Source: Raja brachyura (taxonomy: Eukaryota). From it: DNA of 64,000 nt. The notes beneath the pieces are model-generated. The model did no database searches and was not told the origin of the DNA. It worked only from the letters and a program-made list of their open reading frames with translations. Position 1 is the first letter of the stretch. Each line of letters begins with the position of its first letter. This document shows positions 13,161 to 22,985 of this stretch, in pieces. The translations under genes and the position numbers were made by a program. The stretch lies in assembly GCA_963514005.1 (NCBI GenBank), contig OY740804.1, forward strand, positions 2,232,001 through 2,296,000, in the 5' to 3' direction.

Positions 13161-14351
13161 TCATTGACTGCAGCAGATAAAATGAATGTCACACTGGTGG
13201 TACCAGGGCACCTCTGGAAAATGTTCTTCTCAAGATATGATTGAGAAGACTATGTAACATGGAACAGTACAGCACAGGATCAGGCCCTTCGGCCCACAAT
13301 GTGCGTGCTGCATATGATGCCAAGTTAATCTAATCTCCTCTGCCTGCATGTGATCCATAATCTCTGTTCCCCGCATATCCATGAGATGTTTTAGATAAAG
13401 CCTCTATTGTAACTATTGTATCTGCCACCACCACCCACAGCAGCGGGTTCCAGGCACCCACAACCCTCTGTGCCTCGCAGCTGAGGCTACATTTAGATCC
13501 CAATGTTTAAGAAACAGTGAGTCAGGTACATGGATAGGACAGGTTTGGAGGGATATGTGCCAAACTGAATGTTCTCGAGAGAGAGAGTTAGATTTAGCTC
13601 TTAGTGCTAATGCAATCGAGGGATATGGGGAGAAAGCAGGAACGGGGCACTGATTTAGGATGATCAGCCATGATCATTGTTGAATGGCTGTGCTGGCTCG
13701 AAGGGCTGAATGGCCTACTCCTGCACCAATTTTCATTGTTTCTATGTTTCTACACACTCCCAATGAGGGTCGAAACTGGACTCTAATCAGCAGCCCCAAC
13801 AGTGCAAGAGGCCAATGTAAGGGAGGCTCAGTGATGCAGTGGTAGAGCGCTGCCTTACAGCCCTAGAGACCCGGGTTCAATCCTGACTGTGGGTACTGTC
13901 TGTACGGTGGTTGTACGTTTTCCCTATGACCGTGTGGGTGTCCTCCGGGTGCTACAGTTTCCTGACAGATTTCAAAGATGTGCAGGTTTGTAGGTTAATT
14001 GGCTTCAGTAAATTGTCCCTTGCGTGTAGGTTAGAACTTGTGTACAGGCGATCACTCTAAACAAATCTAAACTAAACTCGTCAACTCGACTCAACTCAGC
14101 TAAAGGCAACTCCATGACACTTAATTTTGCTGCTCAGACCTGTTAAAATATTCTGGATTGGAACAAGTAGGGGCAGTTCAGTTTGACCTGGGATGCAAAT
14201 AATAATGGTTCCGACTGTTAATGTTGAGGAGGGATTTCAATGCGCTGATCAAAGGATAAACTCCCTCTTTCCATCTTGTTCCACTAAAGTCATCAACATC
14301 TAGAGACCACAACATGGCTCCTCCACAGTTGTTGGTCATCAGCCACTGAGC
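13161..14351 (-). pseudogene. Relic of a divergent chitinase paralogue (penultimate exon plus decayed CBM14 exon)
   Basis: 14213-14351 follows a good acceptor and reads AQWLMTNNCGGAMLWSLDVDDFSG...YPLISALKSLL; 139 bp like the live exon but followed by GG, not GT. 13161-13232 reads, with frameshifts, RRTF/FQRCPGTT/CDIHFICCSQ*, aligning with [24 protein letters not shown]. Confidence 0.8.
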
Positions 14352-14583
14352 CTGGGGAAAAGGAAGGAAAACCATGACTTGAAAGTGTCTTTTGTTGATG
14401 AGCCTTTTAGGCAATAAAGCACACGGATATAATATGTAAAAAGCAAAATAATTCAATAAATGAGAGAGCACAATACTAGTGTGTAAAGCCAACATCCTTA
14501 GTGCAACCAAAGACAGTCCATAGACATTCATCGTTGACCTCAGTGTCGTGTCGTGTTCTAGTTGTTGGGAAGGAATTATGGAT

Positions 14584-14947
14584 CCAATCACTGCCTCCCA
14601 CGGGGCATTGGCTGGAGCCAGCCGCGACCAATCCCACCGCACAGCCGGCTCAGATTGAGTATAAACTGTGAAACCAGCGCAGGTGCCAGGGCTGTGGTGG
14701 TGACGTGGCGTGGCTGGGACATCCCAGACACAAGCAGGATGTGTGGGGCACCTGGTTGGCCGCAGGCAGCTGTGATGGCGTTGTTCTTGTTAAACGTTAA
14801 CGGCTGATGCAAGGACACGTTTGGCAGAGGGTGGGGAGGTCAATGATGGTCTGGATAAACGGGGAGAAGGTATAAAAGGGGCGAGCGATGGCAGGAGATG
14901 GAAGTAAGACCGGCCTCGTCAGCCTGTGTGGAGACTCCGGAGCTGGT
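14584..14947 (+). promoter_or_regulatory. Promoter and non-coding exon 1 of Ig paralogue 2: distal ERSE, UPRE, TATA, splice donor
   Basis: CCAAT-N9-CCACG 14584-14602; TGACGTGG 14701-14708; TATAAAA 14871-14877; donor ctg|gtaac at 14946; intron ends 15492. Unit-2 copy: ERSE 43590-43608, UPRE 43707-43714, TATA 43909-43915. Confidence 0.72.
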
Positions 14948-15496
14948 AACCACCCCTGTGGATCCTTCAAGTGTCTGTGAGTGATGGGGGTGGGATTGTC
15001 TCTGTTCACTGTTCCCCCAGTTCAGAAGCCTGATAGCAGAGGGGAAGAAGCTGTTCCTGAGTCTGGTGGTGCGTGCTTTCAAGCTTCTGTACCTTCTGCT
15101 AGACAGGACCAGGGAGAAGGAGGAATGACCGGGGTGGGACATGTCTTTGATTTTTTTGGTTGTAGATGGAGTGACTGGTGGGGAGTGTGGTCCGTGTGAT
15201 GGACTGGGCTCCATCCACAACTCTCTGCAATTTCTTGTGGTCTTGGGCTTAGAGCTGTTCCCAAACCAAGCTGTGATGCAACCCGACAGTCTGCTTTCCG
15301 TGGTGCATCTGTAGACGTTTGTAAGAGACATTGGAGACTTGCCGTATTTCCTTGGTCTCCAAGGAGGTAGATGCATTGGTGTGTCTCCTTGGCTGCCACT
15401 TCACATTGCCCAGTGTGGTGGCAGCAACTTCAGAGAATATCATCATGAATCCCACTGAGTTGCAATAAGGTGACCCATTGTTTTACCCACAGGAAC

Positions 15497-15997
15497 ATGG
15501 GACTGCAGAGATGGATAGGATTCATGGTCCTTGTGGAGATGGTGTGGCAAGTCTCCGGAACTGGAACAGGTCCGATCTCCAGAGAATGGGGAGAGGAAGC
15601 AAACTTTCCCGGGTGGAACGCACGGGTTCCTCGGCAAGTTAACAAACAAGAAACTCCAGAATGCGGTGTTAAGGCAGATTTGACCAAGATGATGAAGATG
15701 ACGGCACGCAAGGGTAGTTCTGCTACGCTACCCTGTGAAATACCCACAGGGAAGGATGGACCCACGCATTTTGTGGTCACCTGGAGGAAAGGGAAGGTGA
15801 CACTGGGCGTGTTTACTAAAGGGAAAGGTCCAATCTATCCAGGGGGACCCGACCGCTGGAGGTTCGTGGATCCAAACATGGTTGATGCCTCGTTGATCGT
15901 CACGGATGTAAGCGAGACTGATGCTGGGATGTATTCCTGTGCTTGGTTCACTTGCCAAGGGGAATGTAGACTAAATGTCAAGCTGGCAGTGAAGTGA
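15497..15997 (+). CDS. Putative secreted prepro single Ig V-type domain protein, paralogue 2 (166 aa)
   Basis: ATG at 15497 after acceptor ttttacccacag|gaac; same leader, RVPR, GSSATLPC, VTWRK, DASLIVTDVSETDAGMYSC; AATAAA 16429-16434 followed by a GT-rich element. Confidence 0.9.
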   Translation: MGLQRWIGFMVLVEMVWQVSGTGTGPISREWGEEANFPGWNARVPRQVNKQETPECGVKADLTKMMKMTARKGSSATLPCEIPTGKDGPTHFVVTWRKGKVTLGVFTKGKGPIYPGGPDRWRFVDPNMVDASLIVTDVSETDAGMYSCAWFTCQGECRLNVKLAVK

Positions 15998-17095
15998 AAC
16001 CTCCCACTGATTCAGCACAGACCCCTCCAAGTGTCAGGAGCAACAGGCAGTGGCAGGTCAGCACAAACACAATAACATCCTTCATTATAAACTTGACACA
16101 CATAGGCCAACAACAGCATTATATATTGTAGTCACTGAATTCATCATGAGGGGAATAGAGGGGTGGACACTAAGCATCTTTTACCTGGGGTACGGGAATC
16201 AAGAACCAAGGGACATACATTTAAGGTGAGAGGGGCAAGATTTAATATTAACCTGAGGGGCAATATTTTCACTCATGGGGTGGTGGGTTTATGGAACTGT
16301 CCGGTGGGGCGGGAACTGTAACAATATTTAATACACACTTGCTACAGGGAAAGGTTTAGGGGGATATGGGGTGAACACAGTGCAATGGGACAGACCCTGC
16401 TTGCACCGGTAAATGTACCATTAATGGAAATAAACTCTCTTGAAGACAGCCGGTGGTGTGAGTGATTCTTTGTGCGCCAGCATTGAAGTTGGGTGTGAAC
16501 TTTGTGCAACTCTTGCTCACTACGGGCAGCATCGCCGGGTTCTATGAGCTGTGTCCATTATTGGTCATGACCACACAGGGACGGAACAACATGTGGAAAA
16601 TCAGGAGACTGCAGATGTTGCGAACAGGGACAAAAGTAAAGGGGAATGTTTTTCAGGAACAAAACAGGAACAAAAGTAAAGGCAGATGACACAACAGTAG
16701 GCGGGTTTGCAGATAGTGGAGATGGTTGTGAAAAATTGCAGCAGGATCTTGAAATATTGGCCAGGTGGGCTGAGGAACGGTTGATGGAATTTAATACAGA
16801 GTAATGTGAGGTGCTGTATTTGGGGGTGTCCAACATGTGCAGGACCTACACAGTGAATGGCCCGGCTCTGGGGAGTGTTGTAGAGCAGAGGTTTGGAGGG
16901 GTATGGACCAAACACAGGCAGGAGAGACTATTGCAGCTGGGACATGTTGACCAGTGTGGGCAAGTTGGGCTGAAGGGCCTGTTTCCACGCTGTATCACTC
17001 TGTGACTACTACACTATGACATTAAATAAATAATGATTATAAAATGAAACTCCACATAAATCTCACCTTCTCCTCTGGCTGTATACACAGCACAC

Positions 17096-17167
17096 TCATT
17101 GACTGCAGCAGATACAATGAATGTCACACTGGTGGTACCAGGGCACCTCTGGAAAATGTTCTTCTCA
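17096..17167 (-). pseudogene. Second decayed CBM14 exon relic
   Basis: Direct repeat of the 13161 segment; reads FQRCPGTT/CDIHCICCSQ*. Unit-2 copy at ~46921-46992. Confidence 0.6.
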
Positions 17168-17500
17168 AGATGTGATTGAGAAGACGGTGTAACATAGAAC
17201 ATGGAACAGTACAGCACAGGAACAGGCCCTTCGGCCCACAATGTCCGTGATGAACATGATCACCATGGAAAATTGGTTCTGACTGTCTACCCTATCTGTA
17301 TCTCATACTTTTATAACTTGTGCAAGAGGCCAATGCAAGGGAGGCACAATGGCGCAGAGCTAGTGTTGCTGCCTTCCAGCGCTATGTGTGGGGCGCCTGG
17401 TTGGCCGCTGGCAGCTGGGATGACGTTGTTCTTGTTAAACGTTAACGGCTGATGCAAGGACACGTTTGGCAGAGGGTGGAGAGGTCACGGCTGACTCTGG

Positions 17501-17656
17501 CCAATGCTCCGTGGGAGGCAGTGATTGGTTGAAAGTACGTGAGCGCAGGCAATGAGGGTCAGGAGAAGCCGGGAGTAGGTATAAAAGGGGCGAGCGATGG
17601 CAGGAGATGTGAACAAGACCGGCCTCGTCACCCTGTGTGGAGACTCCGGAGCTGGT
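17501..17656 (+). promoter_or_regulatory. Promoter and non-coding exon 1 of Ig paralogue 3: CCAAT, reverse ERSE, TATA, splice donor
   Basis: CCAAT 17501-17505; CGTGG-N9-ATTGG 17510-17528; TATAAAA 17580-17586; donor at 17655; acceptor ends 18173. Confidence 0.72.
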
Positions 17657-18177
17657 AACCACCCCTGTGGATCCTTCAAGTGTCTGTGAGTGATGGGAGT
17701 GGGATTGTCTCTGTTCACTGTTCCCCCAGTTCAGAAGCCTGATAGCAGAGGGGAAGAAGCTTTCCTTGAGCCTGGTGTTGCTCGAATGACAGATGTGGGA
17801 CAAGTGATGGAGTCATACAGCGAGACCTTCGACCCAACTTGCCCGCGCCCACCAACTTGCCCCATCAAAACTAGACCCACCTGCCTGCTTTTGGCCCTTA
17901 CCCTTCTAATCCTGCCCTATCAATGTACCTGTCGAACTGTTTTTTAATCATTGTGATAGTACCTGCCTCAACTACCTCTTCCGGCAGCTCGTTCCAAACA
18001 ACCTCCACCCTTTGTGTATAAAAGTCACCCCTCAGTTTCCCATTAAATCTTTCCCCCCCTCACCTTAAACCGATGTCCTCGGGTTCTCGATTCCCCAACT
18101 CTGGGCGGGTTCAGAGAATGTCATCATGAATCCTACTGAGTTGCAATAATGTGACCCATTGTTTTACCCACAGGAAC

Positions 18178-18849
18178 ATGGGACTGCAGAGATGGATAGG
18201 ATTCATGGTCCTTGTGGAGATGGTGTGGCAAGTCTCTGGAATTGCAACAGGTCCGATCTCCAGAGAATGGGGAGAGGAGGCAAACTTGCCCGGGTGGAAC
18301 GCACCTGCTCCTCGGCAAGTCAATGAAGATCCAAATCCACAATGCAGTGTTAACCTCGCTCCGGACAAGATGAGATGGACGGAGGTGACGGCCAGTAAGG
18401 GTGGTTCTGCTCAGCTATCCTGCAAAATGCCCAAAGAAGATGGTGCAGCCGATAAAGTTGTGGTGCTGTGGACGAAAGGAAAAGACACGATCGCCGTGTT
18501 TACTGACAGGAAGGGTGCGCAATATCCAGGGTCAACCGGACGCTGGAAGTTCATGAATGCAAACGTGGTTGACACACGGGACGCCTCGTTGGTCCTGGCG
18601 AGGCTGGAAAAGGATGATGCTGGGAAATATTCCTGCGCTTGGCTAGTTAATAACGTGCCTTGTAAACAAAACACCAAAACCCCCCCCCTCTCTGCCCACA
18701 CTCCCAACCTGTGCAAGTCCTCCTGTAGCGACTCCACCTATTTTTGTATCCCTTCAATACCGTTGGCACTCATCTTCCTTAGCAGCCTCACGTGCGGCAC
18801 TTTATCAAAGGCTTCAGAAGGGGACTTCCGAACCAGGGTCACAGTTTAA
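18178..18849 (+). CDS. Ig V-type paralogue 3, C-terminus replaced by antisense CR1 sequence (possible pseudogene)
   Basis: Same leader (PAPR), GGSAQLSC, VLWTK, DASLVLARLEKDDAGKYSC; homology ends at PCKQNTK (18678), then reverse-strand CR1 RT sequence (SLQEDLHRLGVWAER); the family's post-stop motif is missing. Confidence 0.78.
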   Translation: MGLQRWIGFMVLVEMVWQVSGIATGPISREWGEEANLPGWNAPAPRQVNEDPNPQCSVNLAPDKMRWTEVTASKGGSAQLSCKMPKEDGAADKVVVLWTKGKDTIAVFTDRKGAQYPGSTGRWKFMNANVVDTRDASLVLARLEKDDAGKYSCAWLVNNVPCKQNTKTPPLSAHTPNLCKSSCSDSTYFCIPSIPLALIFLSSLTCGTLSKASEGDFRTRVTV

Positions 18850-19130
18850 GAATAAGGGGTCGGCCATTTAGGACTGAGATGAGGAATAAAATAACCACCC
18901 AGAGAGTTGTGAATCTGTGGAATTCTCTGCCACAGAAGGCAGTGGATGCCAATTCACTGGATGGTTTCAAGAGAGAGTTAGATTTAGCTCTTAGGGGTAA
19001 CGGAATCAAGGGATATGAGCAAAAAGCAGGAACGGGGCACTGATTCTGGATGATCAGCCATGATCATATTGAATGGCGGTGCTGGCTCGAAGGGCCGAAT
19101 GGATTACTCCTCTGCCTATTTTCTATGTTT
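18679..19130. mobile_element. CR1 fragments (antisense piece, then sense 3' end) abutting Ig paralogue 3
   Basis: Minus-strand RT piece followed by GHSLRIRGRPFRTEMR...RVVNLWNSLP and TTTCTATG tail. Confidence 0.8.
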
Positions 19131-20214
19131 CTGTGACTCGCTGGAGCCACAACGAGGATGTGTGGGGCACGTTGTCAACTGTTGGGACATCTTTGATGAC
19201 CACAATCTCGTTAGTAATTAACGGCGGCTGACTAGCAACCACACAGAGACAATTCTGGGCACCACTCTGTGAACAACAATGTTTGCTTGACACCAGTTTG
19301 TATTGGGGTAACATAGCTGTAGAGTTACTGCCTCACAGTGCCAGACACACGGGTTCGACTCTGACTACGGGTGCTGACTACCCGTGACAACAGCCAGAAC
19401 CTTTTCACCAGAAGAGAAATACCAATTACTAGAGGATGTCACAGGCAGTTCAAGTAGATCACCAGAACAATTTTCCCAGGGTGGGATGTAAAGGACTAGT
19501 GGGCAGAGCTTCAAGGTGAGAGGGGCAAAGTTTAAATGAGATGTGTGCGGCAAGTTTTTTTTACATGGAGAGTGATGGGGGCCTGGAACGCGCTGCCAGG
19601 GGCGGTGGTGGAGGCAGATATGATGGTGGTGTTTAAGAGGCTTTTAGATTGGCACATTGATATGTAGGGAATGGAGGGATACGGATCACGTGCAGGCAGA
19701 GAAGATTAGTTTAACCTGTCTGCAGGTGAATGGTGGAATCTGGGAGAAATTGAAAACCATATAGAGAGAATAAAGTTGGATTAGATTAGTGTAGATGGAT
19801 GGCTGTTGGATAGCATGGACACAAAGGTTCTGTGTCTCTCTGAAAACAAGATTGTGCAAAAGCTTGAAAGGTAAGTAACTGCATGTGACTGTGACATTCA
19901 TACTGATGTGATCCTTCCCTCTGGAAGGCGACTCCGGACTGTCAAAGCTCAACAGCTTTTTTTCCCCATGAGCAGTAGCTCTACTCAGCAACCAGAAATC
20001 TGTAGCCTCCTTGTGCTCTGGTATTCTATGTCATTCTTCACATGTTTAAATTGTAATGTTTCATTCCTAATTGTTAACTGCATATCGTGTTGTTACTTGC
20101 GAGCAAAACACCGAGCCAAATTCTTGTATATATACATACTTGGCTAATTACAGTTATTCAATTCAATTCATAGCAACAGAAATTGCTGACTTTAATTGAT
20201 AAACTGTTTATCAG

Positions 20215-21480
20215 GATGAGGGGAATTTTGAAGGATGAGGGGGTGGGGACCTCATAGAAACTTACCGATTAGTTTAAAGACCTGGGCAGAGTGGATGTGG
20301 AGAGGATGTTGCCATTATTTACGGAGTCCAGGACCAGAGGGCACAGTCTCAGAATAAAAGTAAGTACCTTTAGGAAGGAGATGTGACCTGGACAGGTTGA
20401 GTGAGTGGGCAGATGCGTGGCAGATGCAGTATAATATAGATAAATGTGAGGTTATCCACTTTGGCGGCAAAAAAAGGGGGCAGATTATTAACTCAATGGG
20501 GTTAGGTTAGGTAAGAGGGAGGTGCAGCGAGACATGGGCGTCCTTGTACACCGGTCACTGAAGGTTGGCGTGCAGGTACAGCAGGCAGTGAAGAAAGCTA
20601 ATGGAATGTTGGCCTTCATAGCAAGAGGATTTCAGTATAGGAGTAAAGAGGTTCTTCTGCAGTTGTGTAGGGCTCTGGTGAGACCACATCTGGAGTATTG
20701 TGTACAGTTTTGGTCTCCTAATTTGAGGAAGGACATCCTTGTGATTGAGGCAGTGCAGTGTAGGTTCACGAGACTGATCACTGGGATGGCGGGACTGTCA
20801 TATGAGGAAAGATTGAAAAGACTAGGCTTGTATTCACTTGAGTTTAGAAGGATGATGGGGAATCTTATAGAAACATATAAAATTATAAAAGGACTGGACA
20901 AGCTAGATGCAGGAAAATGTTCCCAATGTTGGGCGAGTCCAGAACCAGGGGCCATAGTCTTAGAATAATGGGGAAGCCATTTGAGATTGAGGTGAGAAAA
21001 AACGTTTTCACCCTGAGAGTTGAGAATTTGTGGGATTCCCTGCCACAGAGGCCAGTGGAGGCCAAGTCACTGGATTGATTTAAGAGAGAGTTAGATAGAG
21101 CTCTAGGGGCTAGTGGAGTCAAGGTATATGGGGAGAAGGCAGGCACGGGTTATTGATTGGGGATGATCAGCCATGATCACAATGAAACGTGGTGCTGGCT
21201 TGAAGGGCTGAATGGCCTCCTCCTGCACCTATTTTCTACGTTTCTATGTTACTATGTTTCTATGAGATGAGGAGGAATTTCCTTAGTCAGAGGGTGGTGA
21301 ATCTGTGGAAGTCATTGCCACAGACGGCCGTGGAGGCCAAGTCATTGAGTATTTTGAAAGTGGAAATTGACAGAGTCTTGATTAGTGCGGATGTCAGAGA
21401 TTATGGGGAGGAGGCAGGAGAATGGGGTTGAGAGGGAGAGACAGATCAGCCATGTAGACTTGATGGGGCAAATGGCCTAA
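20215..21480 (+). mobile_element. Nested CR1 LINE 3' fragments (RT C-terminus and 3' UTR)
   Basis: LVRPHLEYCVQFWSP, LSYEERL, RVVNLW motifs; TTTCTATG tail. Unit-2 copy ~51800-53065. Confidence 0.88.
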
Positions 21481-22374
21481 TTCTGATCCTGGAACTGATG
21501 TACATGAACAGACACAAAGTACGCTGTTATATGCTTAAAATTATGACTTTATTTTATTGTTTTAACAGCAACAATTATCTTAGTGATGAACAATCGATGG
21601 TGGAAGTTCCGAGTTGTTTGTCGACCACAGTCTGCAACAGAAAGATCATCTTAGATTTCTCAAAACCAGGAAGGATGTCTACACATCAGATCAAAAACAA
21701 TATCTTAAGTACATATTTATATTTAAGTTTCTAGTTTAGTTTATTATTGTCACGTGTACCGAGGTGCAGTGAAAAGTTTAATGTGTGCGTGCTATCCTGT
21801 CAGCGGAAAGACTACACATGATTACAGTCGAGCCGCCCACAGTGTACAGATACAGGATGAAGGGGTTAACGTTCTGTGCGAGGTAAAGTCCAGTAAAGTC
21901 CAATCAGGGATAGTCCAAAGAGTGATGGGGTTACACAGCAGGGAGACAGGCCGTTCAGTGCATACCTGACCCTCACTCATTTCCCCAACATTCCCATCAG
22001 TTCTCCCCAGATTCCAACCCTCACCTACACACAAGGTGCAATTTACAGAGGGCCTGTCAACCTACAACCCTGCGCGACTTTGGAATGTGGGAGGAAACCG
22101 GAGCTCCTGGAGAAAAACCCACGCAGTCACAGGAGAACGTGCAAACTCCGTCACCCAGAGAGTTGTGAATCTGTGGAATTCTCTGCTGCAGAAGGCAGTG
22201 GAGGACAATTCACTGGATACTTTCATGGGAGAGTTGGAAATAGCTTTTAGGGCCAGGGGTCCAGTGCTGCCGGAGGGCACCCCTGTAAAAAAAACACCAA
22301 AATAATGGGGAATTTTAATGAGCAGGTGTGTGGTCGAGGTAACCTGATTAAAAGAGGGGGAAGGGAAAGACCCT

Positions 22375-22985
22375 TCACTACTGATGGGTTTTCAATCACT
22401 ACTGATGGGTCTTCCCTATAGGGGGGTTGGGGGGTGGAGCACTAGGACCCAGCAGAATCGTCACTACTGATGGGTCTTTCCTATAGGAATGTGGGTTTGG
22501 GGGGGCACTAGGACCCAGCAGAGTCATCATCAAAATTATAGAGCTCTCTTTGATCTTTGGTCATCATCACTGATGGGTCTTCCCTATGGAGGGGAGGAGG
22601 GGGGCACTAGGACCCAGCAGAGTCATCACCCCTGATGGGTCTTCCCTATAGAGGGGAGGGGGGGCACTAGGACCCAGCAGAGTCATCACCACTGATGGGT
22701 CTTCCCTAAAGAGGGGAGGGGGGGGCACTAGGACCCAGCAGAGTCATCACCCCTGATGGGTCTTCCCTATAGGAGTGTGGGTTTGGGGGGGCATTAGGAC
22801 CCAGCAGAGTCATCACCACTGATGGGTCTTCCCTATAGAGGGGAGGGGGGGCACTAGGACCCAGCAGAGTCATCACCCCTGATAGGTCTTCCCTATAGAG
22901 GGGAGGGGGGGCACTAGGACCCAGCAGAGTCATCACTACTGATCGGTATTCCCCATAGGGGAGTGGGGGGGGGGGGGCACTAGAT
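22375..22985 (+). repeat. ~60-bp G-rich minisatellite (~10 units)
   Basis: GGCACTAGGACCCAGCAGAGTCATCACCACTGATGGGTCTTCCCTATAGAGGGGAGGGGGG repeated. Confidence 0.93.

Noticed and set aside
13825-13890. tRNA gene
   Set aside because: Degenerate tRNA-like SINE head continuing into a V-SINE body; no cloverleaf.
15497-16060. Rearranging Ig/TCR/IgNAR V segments
   Set aside because: No heptamer-nonamer RSS seen, no leader intron, no FGxG/WGxG J motif; strand G is encoded in the same ORF.
15978-16085. Antisense 35-aa signal-peptide-like ORF (MKDVIVFVLTCHCLLLLTLGGVCA...)
   Set aside because: Lies in the Ig 3' UTR, stops quickly, has only weak donors and is not conserved in paralogue 1.
11294-17167. 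A VCBP-like fused V plus chitin-binding gene
   Set aside because: The CBM14 relics are upstream of or antisense to the V ORFs and are frameshifted; each V ORF here ends in its own stop with a poly(A) signal.
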